Shown here: positions 48,286-62,124 of the stretch, piece after piece
How positions within the stretch are numbered: the first letter of the stretch is position 1
Layout: each line of letters begins with the position of its first letter
Assembly: GCA_032718475.1 (NCBI GenBank)
Contig: JAUCBJ010008172.1
Coordinates: 1 to 64,000 of the forward strand
Source: Nemertoderma westbladi
Lineage: Eukaryota; Animalia; Xenacoelomorpha
DNA length: 64,000 bases
Reading direction: 5' to 3'
Program-made: the position numbers and the translations under genes
The notes under the pieces: generated by a model
Seen by the model: only the letters and a program-made list of their open reading frames with translations
Databases searched by the model: none
Told to the model about the DNA's origin: nothing

Positions 48286-49516
48286 ATGGAATCTGTGAAA
48301 CCGCCACAACCAAAAATGACGCCATTAAGCAGTAGCTCTACTAGCAGTGTACCCACCCCATACGTAACAGTGGCTACGGGTAAGAGTTCGTGGAGTCTCG
48401 AGTGTTTGGAGGAAGGAATAGAAATAAAAGCATTTAATGGGAAATACGTTCGATTCAATCGTTGGGGTGATGCCAACAAAGGCCGCAACGTCGTGCAAGA
48501 ATCGGTAAGTCTTACTTACCAGAACATAAGATTCCTATTTGACTTCCTCAATTATAAGAAAATAGCTATTGAATATTATAAGGAATACACCAGAGGTAAT
48601 TTGTTTATAACACCCATAAATCACGCGTACTTACGCATTGGGAAAAACGGCGCATCAATCTTTATCTCGCGAAGAATTCTAGATGTCTTACAAAACATCT
48701 ACGCCAAAGCCGTTCTTTCCCGTATTGAACCAAAAAAGAAGAAAATTCACGATGAGAATTTTATGGAGTTCGAAGATTGTGGGTACATTGGATATATCTA
48801 CGACTTTGAAGGGCAACGATTTGTCGGCGTTTGGGAAGCGGATGATATAGGTAGACAGCGGAAGGGTGTTCTATATTACGATGGGTTGAATCTCAGAGCG
48901 GATGAATTCTGTTTGCTCGACTTTAACATAGATAAGAATGTTAAGGAGAATATCAACGAGGTTAGTATAAGGTACACTTCGATCGTTAACGAAAGCGGGA
49001 TATATTTGTCCCACAACTTCGACACCAAGGTTATCTTCATCCCTCGAAACAATGCAAATGTCAAGATAATTAAGGAATTACAGAAGTACGTGGGCCACGA
49101 TATTCCGACTGGGTGTGACTTTCTACCGATTAAAAAGTTAGTTGTTGAGGCTGCGATTGATGAATTAGCGGGCGAAGAACTCATGAAAGTGGAAATGCTG
49201 AACAATGCTAGACAGCTGCAGACGTCCGAGGCAGTAAAAGTCACCGCTAAGAAAATAGGTGAGAAAAAAATCTGGTTGCCAACAATTGTGGGAAGTGAAC
49301 TAGGAGGCGGCGCTGAAAAAAAGAATGATTATAAGGATATTGATACTCTCGTTTGGGATGCGAGCGCTCAGATGAAAACACCTCAAGCCATGAAAAATTG
49401 ATCTCGTCGTGAATAAAACACCTAGCTATAAGTATGAAGATATCAGCAACTTTGAAGAGGACATCGAGGATGATGAAGACATACCTCAAATAAAGAAGAT
49501 TAAACATTCAGTGTGA
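48286..49516 (+). CDS. ORF X copy B: probable tandem PC4-like ssDNA-binding protein, frameshifted near the C-terminus (~49395)
   Basis: Two repeats resembling the PC4 pattern (F-x-G, aromatic strand, [GS][IV]-x-L, helix): IKAFNGKYVRFNRW...SVSLTYQNIRFL and YDFEGQRFVGVW...GLNLRADEFCLL. Acidic tail. Fold assignment is by eye only. Confidence 0.55.
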
Positions 49517-50616
49517 ATATTTCGAGCGGTAGAAACTTTATTATTATAAATAGGTCGCGTTCGTAGGTGGTGTCGCTGTAACGAGTCAGACATGGTTAAA
49601 TAATTATTATTATTTTGTGGTAGAAAATTATAAATTTGTTAAATTATTTGTTGGTATAATGAATTATCGGTTGAAATATTTGTTGGTATAATGATAATAT
49701 TATAAATACAATAACCTTACGTCCTTACCTTACGTTCCTTCGTCGTAGCTCGCCCCACAACTCATTAATGGCACCCATATGCTAAGGCTTCACTCGCTTC
49801 ATGGCTCGCCCCATTTTTTCAATGTTGGAAGGAATGATGGGGATGTTGGGTGATGGTGGTGGTGGTAATGATGCTGAGGATGAGGAAGAAGATTGGCCGG
49901 ATGGTGATAGCGGGATAAGCGGGTGAGGTGGTGGGAGAAATTTTTTAATAAAGCGGTGACGGATTTAAGTAAATGATCAAATTTAAATAATAATATTATA
50001 AATACAATAACCTTACTTCGATGCTATCACTCACTTCATGGCTCGCCCCATAGATAGAATAATCAAATTAAAATAATATTATAAATACTATAACAATGGT
50101 ATCGGATAAATACAATTATGTTCGAAATTTATTAATAGAAATGTTTTTATTATTTGGAGCTCAATAAGGCAAATATATTTCGATTTATATTAAAATCATT
50201 GTCAATAATAAGCACTATAGGTAGGTTGTAAGTATGTTATGAAATTGTTATAATTACTTGGTATTTCTAGCAAACTGCGATATTCTAACTGTACCGTACA
50301 TTATACAACATCTGTATGTGCTGATATGCACTGACTGAATATTACACAACTCTAATTCTTACAGACACCCTAAAAAGTACAAATAAACGAAATAAACCAA
50401 TAATAACACAATATTTAAATAACCAAAAACCAAAGACATAATGTGGAGCAGACATATACAGTATACATACAGTACAAATACAATTAACTATTCAACTGAC
50501 ACAAGCACAAATACACAAACAATAGCACAAACCACAAAAATATACCCCCCCCCCCCCCCCCCCACATATACACTCAATTACATACCGACATGGTTACGGC
50601 CTGGACCGAGCCCATG

Positions 50617-50970
50617 TCACTTTAACAATGCCGCCACACTTAGGTGGTCTACCTCTACTGATGTACGTTTGTTAATGGCACTATCCCCTAGCGCCCTAAT
50701 GTGAAGACTTTCCAGAATTTTTCGCCTACGTAATTGGTGTTCCCTCCCAACTACCTCCGCTAAATCGAAACGTGGGACATGTTCAGTGTTCACATGATGT
50801 GCTGCCAGGTCCGAGGCTTTAAACCTCCTGTGTCGTATGTCCCCGTCATGTTGTTTTAATCTTATATCTAAAGAATATTGTGTCTCCCCGATATACGTTT
50901 TACCACAATCACAGGGAATCTTATACACCACACCCCTTGGCTCACCACGTGGTTTGTGGCCCCTTAACAA
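50617..50970 (-). mobile_element. Penelope-like element 3' fragment (GIY-YIG endonuclease)
   Basis: GVVYKIPCDCGKTYIGET..RLKQH...RKILESLHI...INK; 5'-truncated. Confidence 0.9.
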
Positions 50971-50997
50971 AAAAGAACGTAGGTAGATAATAGGTAC

Positions 50998-51735
50998 TAA
51001 TAGGTAGACAACGGAAGGGTGTTCTATATTACGATGGGTTGAATCTCAGAGCGGATGAATTCTGTTTGCTCGACTTTAACATAGATAAGAATGTTAACAA
51101 GAATATCGATGAGGTTAGTATGAGGTACACATCAACCGTTAATGAAAACAGGATATATTTGTCCCACAACTTCGACACCAAGGTTATTTTCATCCCTCAA
51201 AACAACACAAATGTCAAGATAATTAAGGAATTACAGAAGTACGCGGGCCACAATATTCCGTCTGGGTGTGAGTTTCTACCGATTAAAAAGTTAGTTGTTG
51301 AGGGTGCGATTGATGAATTAGTGGACGAGGAACTAATGAAAGTGGAAATGCCGAACAACGCTAGTCAGCTGAAGACGTACGAAGCAGTAAAAGTCACTGC
51401 TAAGAAAATGGATGAGAAAAAAATCTGGTTGCCCGCAATTGCAGAAAATGAACGGGTAGACGGCGCTGAAAAAAAGAATGATTATAAGGATATTGATACC
51501 CTCGTTGGGGGGTATGAGCACTCAGATGAAGATGAAAACACCTCAAGCCATAAAAGAACAATCGCTTAAGCGAAAAATTGATCTCATCGTGAATAAAACA
51601 CCTAGCTATGTGTATGGAGATATCAGCGACTTTGAAGAGGACATCGTCAATGATACGGATGATGGTGAAAACATTTTAAATGAAATCGAGACTAATTGGC
51701 AACCTCAAATGAAGAAGAATAAACATTCAGTGTGA
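50998..51735 (+). pseudogene. ORF X copy C (5'-truncated, frameshift ~51510)
   Basis: Starts mid-gene at GRQRKGVLYYDG. Closer to copy A than to copy B (EVSMRYTST, AENERVDGAEKK). Confidence 0.85.
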
Positions 51736-51979
51736 ATCTTCGAGTGGTAGAAACTTTATTATATAAATATACCACGTTCGTAGGCAGTGTCGCTGTAACA
51801 AGCCAGACATGGTTAACTAATTATTATTATTTTGTGGTGGAAAATTTTAATTTGTTAAATTATTTGTTGGTATAATGAATTATCGATTGAAATAAATATT
51901 ATTAAAATGTTATATAAATATATTTATTTATAGTATCATACATTTATTATTATACACATATTTATTTTATTTATTATAC

Positions 51980-52246
51980 ATGGATGAGGAAGGAGAAAAT
52001 GAGATTGTGGTGGATGAGGTTGATAAGGAGGAGGAGGAGGAAAATGAGATTGTAGCGGATGAAATTGATAAGGAGAATGAGATGATACTGGTGGCGATTT
52101 ACGAGAGAGAAAAAGAAGAAGCTCCAAAAAGAAGAAGGAGAGATTGTAGAATAACTGTAGAATTAATTGCAATATTGGTAGCCACCGTTAGTCTGTGTTT
52201 ATTCACCTTTTTTAGTTGTTGCGTCTGTAATAGTCTATCATGTTAA
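51980..52246 (+). CDS. Acidic ORF variant of the right arm
   Basis: GENEIVVDEVD...ENEMILVAIYEREKEEA is homologous to 5516-5965, with a different, hydrophobic C-terminus. Confidence 0.4.
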   Translation: MDEEGENEIVVDEVDKEEEEENEIVADEIDKENEMILVAIYEREKEEAPKRRRRDCRITVELIAILVATVSLCLFTFFSCCVCNSLSC

Positions 52247-52269
52247 AGACACAAACGTCTGCAACCCAC

Positions 52270-52551
52270 TTACTATATTGGGTTTTACCTATTGCGGTTC
52301 AAGGTCAAACGCCAACCAGTAGACACGAATAAATTAAATTACTTCCGTCTGTGGACTGGCCTTATACCACATATGTCACATATACACAGTGGTGACATAT
52401 GTTACATATGCACAATTGTAACCATAGTAAGTGGGCGGGGTGACACAATGGTAATCATAGTAAGTAGGCGGGGCAAGAGCCGTTCCGCAAATTCTTTAAC
52501 ATGGTAGACTATGGCAGACGCTGTTTCATTTAAGTTGTTTACCATACTACT
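52270..52551 (-). mobile_element. Polinton/Maverick-like right terminus (...ACTACT)
   Basis: Inverted copy of 5143-5390 ending CATACTACT at 52551, with a duplicated GC-box block. Confidence 0.65.
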
Positions 52552-52964
52552 AACAGTATCCCCCTCTTACAGTTAATATAGTGTACGTACATGTGTTAGT
52601 TATATCGTTGCGTTTATTTATATTTATACAGGTTTGGATATGATCTCTATTAGTTTGATTTTTGTTTTGTCAATTAATTAATTGTGCGGTTAATTTGTCA
52701 ATCACAGCCTTAATTGGCTACATTGCTTATTGTATGAATGAATATAATTAATAATAATAATAGGAATTTATTATTCGTTTATGCATTCTAGTTAATTAAT
52801 TGATATACTGTAATTAACGACATAATTATGTAAATAAAAATTGTTAAATGAAACAAATCTTTGTTTCGGTTTATAATTGACAATAGCACACCCTCACAAT
52901 CACTTCAAATTGAGAGTTAAAGTGATTGACATTTTGTTAATGAACTACGCTTTTGTAAGGCATT

Positions 52965-53290
52965 GGCAAATTCCAACAAATTCCGATGGCGTCAAACATC
53001 TTCAGACAACTTCAAACAGTTTCAGACAATTTCAAACAGCTTCAGACAACTTCAAACAACTTCAGATAGCTTCCAACAACATCCAACAGAAATTTCAAAC
53101 ACTTTCAGAGGGATTTCAGACAGATTCAGATGGGCTCCAACAGACTAAACTTGTTGGAAATATTTTCTCCAACAGAATCAAACAGTACTAAATCTCCATA
53201 GGTTAGCATTGTGCTTGTTTGAAGCTGTCGGAGTGTGTTGGATCCGATCGGATCCGATGGCACTCTGTTGGTGAGCGGGACTGTAGCTTT
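52965..53290. repeat. Degenerate ~10-bp tandem repeat (TTCARACAAC) followed by TCGGATCCGA palindromes
   Basis: Repeated ttcagacaac/ttcaaacag units at 52990-53130; probable DNA-transposon subterminal repeats. Confidence 0.55.
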
Positions 53291-53868
53291 CAATAGGCTA
53301 CAAGAGGCATACTGCACAAGAAATATATAAGAAACAATATGGGTACAGTACAACCTGACTGGCGAAATATATATATAGAAACAATGTGATCCAGTCTCCT
53401 ATCAAAAATGAAACCTAACTACAAATAAACACATTAATAACTGCTCGAATAACTATCCTATATATTAGAAAATACAGGACTTTTAGTCCGCCGAAAGGGA
53501 TAAGTCTACATACTAAATTTGATAAAAATAAAGGGTTTCAGGATTTAAACAATGTACCCGGGGAAACACAGCTCCATCATCAGCAGTGTACTGTGAGTCC
53601 CTACCCTATCTAAATACAGCACAGTACCAATTGACCAATATAATACAGGAAATGAAACCAAATACTGAAATAGAGAAATAAACAAATCAGACCGGTAGTA
53701 AATAGATGAAACCCAAAAATTGATACCACTAAAGCCTAAATAAAATACATGAAACCAAAATAAGAATGAACCCAAATGAGAATAGTGACCAAATAGTGAA
53801 CTACTATAACTAACCTGCATAACAAATAAATCTATAATGGCTGTATTGCACAGTCTAATAATAGATAT

Positions 53869-55124
53869 TGTTCGCGCTTTTAAGACCTTTGGCAGTTTAA
53901 CCAGCCAAATCTATATGTCTTCTAGGTTATAAATCTACTCCAGCCTATGACAAGTATTGAACACCTATAATAATTCTAACATTAGCCAAAGCCAGTCTGT
54001 GCGCGACCATTCACCCGCTGGATATACCCGGTAGACTGGATTTGGATGCTTTAATTTGATTGCGGTGCAGGCCTACCGTACTATTCGATTGATAGTTAAT
54101 ATATAATCTCTGACAAATATTATTCACTTTCGGGAAATATTAGCAGTTCCTTTAGGATGTGGCGCTCTATCTATTTAAACAGAGCTATGTCTTACACTAT
54201 ACACAACAGTATGTCTTATAGATCACCAAAGTGCATTCTTTAGGAAATGCTTTGTTACTCGGTCAAGCACACACAGACTATTGCACACAACTGCACACTG
54301 AATTGCCGACATTCACTGATTTTAATCATATATAAAGAGAATAACAACCGACATTTGTAGGGCCTATTAAGTAGCATTGAACTCACTACAAACCACGATA
54401 ATGTATGTCGCAAATTGTTATATGTAACCGGTCTCTCTAACCTTAGTGTATCAAGAAGATTGGGTTTTCGGATCGTTATCAATATTCTTCCCAATAATAA
54501 TATGTAAACGAACGATACAATTAACAACACAGTAAATAGCAGTAAATAATGCGGCGAAAAGCAGTTTACGTCAGGGTGCTTAATCAGATGCCGAGGTGCT
54601 GTACCAAAACCGAGTTAACCGAGACCGAGACCGAGTTGACCAAGATAACAGTTTGATGATCTTATAATTAAAGACGCTCTAATGTCAGAAAACATTCCCC
54701 GGCCGGTGTTCTAGGCGTGGGGGAAACGTCCGTACTGAATCCTGTAATTCTGCTGTACAGCTTTTACACAAAGAGGGAATCTCTGATTGGTCGAATGACA
54801 AAAAGCTCCACATGGATACAGCTGATAGATGTCGTCATTTTGAGCTGAGCAGAACAAAGAACCAAGGCAAGGCTCCGGGCAAGCTACACGTGTAAAGCTC
54901 AGCCATTAGCTGTCGTCATAGTAACGACACTGTTTCAAGAGGATCTAGGGCGTTGCGTCATAGAATTGCTAATCATGTCCTCTAAAGTACACATACAGAA
55001 TAAATAACTTTTATGTCCCCTAAAAACACCGGTACAGCAATGACACGGCCTTTTATGCCTGCTAAACCAACTACAGAGTACTTTACGGGGAAAATAACCG
55101 GTCAATTCCGCAAAAGCTTTTACA
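53869..55124 (-). repeat. 3' LTR (1256 bp) with a diverged central part
   Basis: TGTTCGCGCTTT...CAAAAGCTTTTACA termini; both ends align to 21925-23085. Confidence 0.9.
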
Positions 55125-55589
55125 CCGCTCCCAGAAAATGGGATTTTAGTCTATAAAATATAAAAAATCACAGTTTCTAAAATATAAAGATACTCTAAAC
55201 AGTTAGTTTTTCTTGCGCGGACGGCGTTTACGCAGTTTCTTGAGACTAGCAAGAGTCCTTTTCTCTTTGGGGCGAGCCACTTTACTAGGAGGGCTATAAC
55301 TCCTGGGTGAAGGGTGCAATACAATTGCATCAGAAGGTTTAGGGTTACGGTCAGTGTCTCGTCCATTTCGATCTGCTTCTCCTCGAGCTGATTTTCCTCC
55401 GCTTGTCGTTGGACACGCTCGTCCAAAACTCTCGCAGAGAATAGGGTTGTCTAAGCTCGATATCTTCTTAGAGATTCAAGATTTCCCAATCGAACTGAGA
55501 TAAAGCCAATTCGTTTACCGCTTGGACTTGCTGTTATAACTTACGTTTATCTGAACAAACGCAGGTTTCCTTTCTGATCTTTGTAGAAT

Positions 55590-56455
55590 AGCGTTTAACT
55601 CGTTTCGTACAACGCTCTCCTTCACCTTGATGAAGGGTTGTATCGCGTTAAACTGGGACGACCATACGGTTGAATGGTGATATTAGGTGTCCGCGTCCCA
55701 ATACGGCTAGGTAAGATGGGCGGCTAGCTAGAGCTCGCTGCCGGAGTGTTACCGATTAATTGTTAGGGTAGCACTAGATCTTTGAACAGTGAATACAGCT
55801 CGTGAGGATCCGGGATACCATCAGAATCGAAAGTCTGAGGTCTAATCAAGGAACGAGGTGGTCTGACCGAGTATTCCGGAACTATGATCGTAGGTTTACT
55901 CAAGGATCGTCTGAGTCGAGCGAGCGTAGGTGATATGTCGAACAAGTTTCGTTTTCCGTGGATGTTTATGTCTTTCCGTTTATTAGTTGGGTCTAGGGCA
56001 TTTATCGTAATAATACCAAAGACGCACGTCTGGTAGGGGAAACGCGGATGATATTTATTTGTTGTCACAATGCTTCTATCAAGAATTCCAAATATACGTT
56101 AGAGTTACCGCGTCCATTTGTCTCTCTAATGTCTTTTCTTTCGAGTCGATTTCGAATAGAATTTTCGCATTCGAATTTCAGTTTATCGTTCCGACTCCGC
56201 TGGGTAGGATATATGTTCGACATAGTCCGTATCGTGTGAATCGATAGAATGGCCAATGGTTAAGAAGTCCATATACGTACTATTACGATGCGTGTAGCGA
56301 GCGGTGAATTTTCCATAGTCCAATTCACGCGTAAGTTGCTTCGAGGAAATCGTCGGTTCTATATAACGACCATCGTCCTCCGTAGTAGTTGGACTAGCGT
56401 CGCCGCGTATCAAACTATCAACAAACGTTGATAGTAGTCTATCAACTCCGTTATA
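55590..56455 (-). pseudogene. Decayed copy of the 376-aa accessory ORF
   Basis: Fragments 56183-56413, 56065-56256 and 55763-56068 align to 23556-24686 with deletions; the ATG has become ATA. Confidence 0.8.
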
Positions 56456-58099
56456 TCTGCTATATATGAGTTTATTAATATTATAATGAGCTTATAATTA
56501 GGCTAGCGAGCGTCGCTGCCTACCCCAACACCTACCACATGTACGATCCTCAGCGCAAATGTATCGTCGTCGCTGTGTTTTCCGCCAACGTGTAGCTACA
56601 CCACGACAACGACACTAGCACGAGTCACTCCACTGTCCGTCCCAAAGGCTTAGATACACTTCAGGTTCTTACTGGAGAGTTAGGGTTACTTTCACAATTG
56701 CGACTCGCTACTGTAAACACACCTTAGTAGTAACATTCGCCTATAAACTCACAAATTCCACACACACAACTGTCACAAATTACACATACTCGGGCCATTT
56801 GTCCGTTAGTCAGTGCCTTCCAGAATGCCACGTTATTATTATGTATCCTTGGATACTAGCAGTGCGCTATTTATTTCTTACTCTATGCAATGGGCAAGTT
56901 TTTATTGTTCCTTTTAACTTGCTTCTAATTCTAGCGTGGGTGTTACTATGGTGACATTATGGAAAGCTAGCGGTAGAATTAGGGTAATTCCAATGCATAC
57001 AGATCTGGGATGCTATTTAATAGTAATTCTTTAATGGTCCAATATCTCGTTTATATATGATTTTATAAATTTTATCGGCTATTGACTCATACATGGGAGA
57101 TTCTCACACTCTAACACACTTAATAAGATGAATCTCCGCTCCCGTGATCTATTAATTGATGGGATTTTGGGAATGTTATAAATTGCACAGAATGACAATT
57201 TATTAAATTCATTAAAATATGAATTCAAATTTATTCCCTGAAATTTTATTATTTGATAGTGCAATTGACACAATTTGATTCCAGAGCAGGTCTGGGGACA
57301 TAGGATCCTTAATTCTATGAAAATTGTCTTTTAAGAGTATCGGTAAGTGCTACGATATCTTAATCGACTAAAATTGTTAAAGGATCTGAATTTTACAGAT
57401 TTTGATTTATAGATTTATAAATATTAAATAATTAATATTTGAGATGGGCACCAATTTATTCCAGAACTTGTCTGGGAACGTTAACCACTGATTCTATAAT
57501 TTGTCTTTCAAGTATATCGGTGGGTGCCGCGATATCTTAATCGACTAGAATTACGGATGGTCAAAAGGTTTAACAGATTTATTTGCGTTTCACGCTACTG
57601 TTAGAGGGACATCACGCTACTATATGTATTATTATATATGGTATGAGAGCAATATCGCACGAAGCAATGTCAGTGTGAAGAGGCAAGTCGTTTCCAAGGT
57701 CTACCCAGAGCTTGGTTTAGCCGAGACACGAGGATCTGAACTTTGCATTCCTAATACTCTGCTTACCAATAATACTTGAATATAGTAGGAGCTTTATTGT
57801 ACTTTAATAAGTACGGACATTTCATCTTACTGTAGTCACGTATTTATAATATGATACGGACAGTAAGGAAAGAGAAAAATAATTATTTCTCGCCGTCGCA
57901 CTAAATATATATTATAAGTAATTACGTACGTAATAAACACTAATATATTGCACTAATCTACTAAATAATCACTAAAATAACATTCTACTAAATAAAATTA
58001 AAGAAAACGATTATAATAAAATTACATAATAATACATACATAAATATAAAATAAAAACAAATATAAAATGATATAGTCACACGCCCACTCCATATGTTA

Positions 58100-61000
58100 T
58101 TACGTTATGGAGTCCCTAGATATTTGTCGGATTAGGGAAGTGGTCGTAGGAAGAGTATCTTGCCTTCCATAGTTTCCGGACAGTTTTCGGTCTCTTTCCA
58201 GTAAACATAAACGACCAGCTGGGCGATTGAGTTGTTGTGTTACTTTCTCCGCTCCCTTGGCCTGTCTAATCTCCGCCGTGGTAAGATGAGGAGGCCATTC
58301 TTCTTCTTCTTTACTTAAGAAGCCGGATCCACTTAACCAGCCTGGAGTATCTATCAGTTCTTGAGGAGTTGCTCCTCTGGAAGCAATGTCGGCTGGATTA
58401 ATTGTCCCAAGGCAATGTCTCCATTGATCTATAGTGGAGTTAATATCGTCATTATCTGAGGAGTATGGTGTTCCCTCAGTTGGGTCGTCCACCTCACTGC
58501 TCTCCACTTCCCATTCCTTTACTTGGTATACCTGTTCTTGAGGTAATCTCTCTTTGAGAGTTCTACGGGAAGGGCCAGTGAAGTACCAACCTACTCTAGT
58601 TCTTACCGCATAGGTTCGTAGTGGCTGTGGTTGAGCAGGCCATTTCTCCAATGTCTCTAGCGCCTCATGCGCGTTTTGGCCGATGAGTATTTGCACTCCA
58701 GGATAATCTGTGTGGAATCGAGGTATCTTAAGCTGCTGGATGCTCTCGTCCTCGTCCCAGTTATAAGGTTCTACTTGCGTAGTAGCGAAGTTCTTTATAG
58801 CCACCATTTTTACTGACCTTATACTTTGTTCTCCTAATTTATCCTGGGGGGTGCACAACGCACCTACATAGTAATCTGCCGTTATGGTAGATTTCCAAAC
58901 CTGCATAATTCCTGACATATTCAACTTAGTTCGGAATTTGGGTTGTCCAGCAAAGATGTCTTCGGCTAGTTCTTGATCGATGAATGTTCCTGTGCTGCCG
59001 GAGTCAAGGAGGGCGTTCACTATGTAACTTTTGTTAGGACCGTGAACTCTTACCTGCACTACAGGAAATTCTCTGATTCCTACGTTGGAAGTTGGAGGTT
59101 TCCAAGATGGTTGTCTGTCAAAGGTAGTTGGGGGGAACTCATTGTCGGTGTCCTTTTCATACGTAAGTGCTCGATACACTGCGGTATTTATTAGGTAACA
59201 GGATTCGTTGGCATCGGAGAATTCGTCCGTATAGAATCCTTCCATCTCAGATTCTTGATCAGTGTCATTTACATCACTGAATTGGACATGTAGTTCGGGC
59301 TCACTTACCTGACTCAGGTTGTTTCGTTCGAATTCACTGTGTAACAAGATGTGATGTTTCGCACCGCACTTTGCACACTTTACGTCAGAGTAACAGGTTC
59401 GCCGTTGGTTTCCTTGTCTGAGGCAATTATAGCATAACCGCTTATCCCACATGACTTCACATCTGTCTACCAGGGATTTCTTTAGGAATTCAGCACACAC
59501 ACTCAAACGGTGGGGCCTGTCGCACAGCGCACATTTTGGTTTGATGTTACTCACTCTACCTTGGGTAACGTTATGCACTCTCGTTCTTTCTTCGGGCTTT
59601 CTTCCGTGAATTCTCTTAGGAGACGTAGGAGGAGTTGTTGTTACCTGTTCTCTCCTGTCACTGGTTCGAGACTTATATTTACTTACGTCTTTATAGGTCT
59701 TGTTGTCATAGTAAGATTTTGCTGTGTCTTTCCCGCTGTCCCCTTCTTGAGAAGCTTGGCTTTCGCCGTCGTCAGTATAACACACTGGTGTTACCCTTCT
59801 CCTAGAAACGGGTTTCTCACTTACCTTATTTTCCGATGTTTTCTCTCTGGACTGCTTTATGAGTTGTAATTTTACTTCACTATCTAAGAAGGACATGAGA
59901 TCAGCCATGGTAGGGCCTCGTCGTTGCTGCTCATTCATATACAACACTTTCTTGTCCCAGCGTGTACATACTCCACCCTTTGGTAAAGTAGAGACTACGG
60001 CTCCAATAACCATGGAACTCTGATATTCATGAGACTTACCTAACCAGTCCAATTGTCTACAGATCTCCTGAATCTCATCGGAAAACTCTATAATCCCGCT
60101 ACTAAGGAACTTTCGGGGGGCTACTAATTTTGCATACAAATACTTAGCTATATTATCCTTGTTACCATACCTGATGTTTAATGTATCCCAAACTTGTCTT
60201 AATCCATTCGGATGTCCAATAAACTTTAACGCCATTAACTTGGGAGGTCCTTCCAAGCACTTGATGAGAAATCTAAGTTTCTCTCCGTTAGATAGTACAG
60301 AGTTCTGTATGCTATCTTTGTAATATTCATTGAAAGGTAACCATTTCATCTCATCTCCATTGAATTTTACGATTTCTCCCACTTTGACCGCTTGGCGGGC
60401 TTCTGTTCTAGCCATCTGACGCGTAAAGCTTTCTTGGGCCATCGTATTATTTAATATCGAATTATCGGTATATAAATTTCTCGGATAATTATCAGGTCTA
60501 TAGGGAATATCATTAACAACAGGTTCATAATCACCCTTAATAGGGTTTGCTATAGGAGTTTCTACTTCACCAGCAGTATAGATGCGTGTAGGCTCCACAC
60601 CTTGCGCATGTAATACTTCAGACCTATCAGGTTGACACAATGTTACAGGGGGTATTGGTATACCCTTTTGTATATTGACTAAGTTGTCGCGTTCTAGCGC
60701 GATACTTTGCTGCACTTCTTGCAATTCTACCCTACTTTCCCTTAATGTTCCCTTGAGTTGGTGGACAGTCTCCTGCATCTGTCCGAGCAGGAGATTCATC
60801 CCCCGCCGTCCCTCCTCTACCCACTCGACCGCCGAAGCGGGAGTCGCCAACATTGTAGCGGGCAGACGCGGGATGACGGGAGACAAATCTTTGATTTCTC
60901 TCTCGGCATCCAGGACAGGGATATTCTCATGGACTGTTCTACCGGGTACAGGCAGTGTAGTACTGTGTAAAGGGAATTTAGAGTTAAGCTCTGGAAGTAC

Positions 61001-62124
61001 AGGGGTCTCTAGCACAGGAGTGGCTTTGGGAACGACAGGCCTAATTATTTCAGGCTCATCAACTATTGCTTTTGACCGAGTCTTTTGACCTTAATAATTT
61101 GGTCTGTGGGTTCTGTACTACCTAAGTCTGTGCTAGCTAGTTGTCTTCTAACAGCTGGGGGCAAATCAGGCAATTTGTGACGGTGAGATGTTTTTCTACG
61201 CCTGCTTAGACGAGAACTATTTCCTCCGCCTTCAGGATCGGTGGTTTCGCCTTCCTCCGATGATGTGTATTCTTGGCGTTTGGGAGTAGATCGACTCATC
61301 ATCTGCATTTGACTAGCAGTTAATTGTTTATTTATGTTGTCTTGCGTCTCTTGCAGATTTTCCAACTCCAGTTGGGTAGTCTCCTCAGACGCTCTCCGTT
61401 CTGCTTCTGCCACTGCCCTTGCCTCTGCTACTGCTGCTGCCTTTCGGTCCTCTATCCGTCTTTTCTTTACTTGTTCTTCCTGGACTCTAGCGAGGCGGAG
61501 TTTTTCATCAAATTTAGCTTGGTTTGCAGCTAACATTTCCGCATCGATTGAGTCCAACACAAGCTTGGTTCCTTCACTATTAGGGCGAAGTCCAGACAGT
61601 CGTCTCCTCAACTCTTCGTCTCCTAGGAATCGCTGATAGTCTGACAGATAAATATCAATAGCGTCTCTCTTTCGCGGCTCCCCCGCTGTCACTTCGCTTT
61701 CTTCTTGAGAAGAAGTGGCGTCGGTTGATTCTTCAAAGGTTGGCCGCTCATCATAAACCGTATCCGCCATCTTCGCTCCGCGTTCGGGTGTCCGCTCAAC
61801 AGTATCCGAACTACTGGAGCTATCGGGCCGCTGAGAACTAGGTTCTTGGCTAGGAGGTTGCTGCTGTTTGATAGCTGCTTCTTGATCCCGCTTGACTTGG
61901 GCCCGAGTGCTGATGATAGACCTACGCTGTTCTACTAGCCTAGGGTCTGACACTACTACTGTAGGGATGGCCTTTCTTACAATAGTAGGTGACTTAGACT
62001 TGGATCTAGGATGTTCTATACTTTGATCTTGGTCACAGATCCTTTTAATACGCTGTCTAAGTCTAATACTCATTCTAACACTTTCTAAGAGACTATCTGA
62101 CAGTGATTGGGTTGCGTCTGACAT
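58100..62124 (-). pseudogene. gag: Gag-protease polyprotein of copy 2 (frameshift ~61070)
   Basis: Colinear with 26319-31141, including the same pol-deletion junctions (WRHCLGTINPADIASRG...RPAGRLCLLE). Confidence 0.9.

Noticed and set aside
50250-50620. Hammerhead ribozyme in the Penelope 3' region
   Set aside because: No CTGANGA...GAAA core found by eye on the element strand.
5137-52557. 6-bp TSD proving one intact 47-kb Polinton insertion
   Set aside because: The flanks GATATG and AACAGT do not match, so the single-element model remains a hypothesis.
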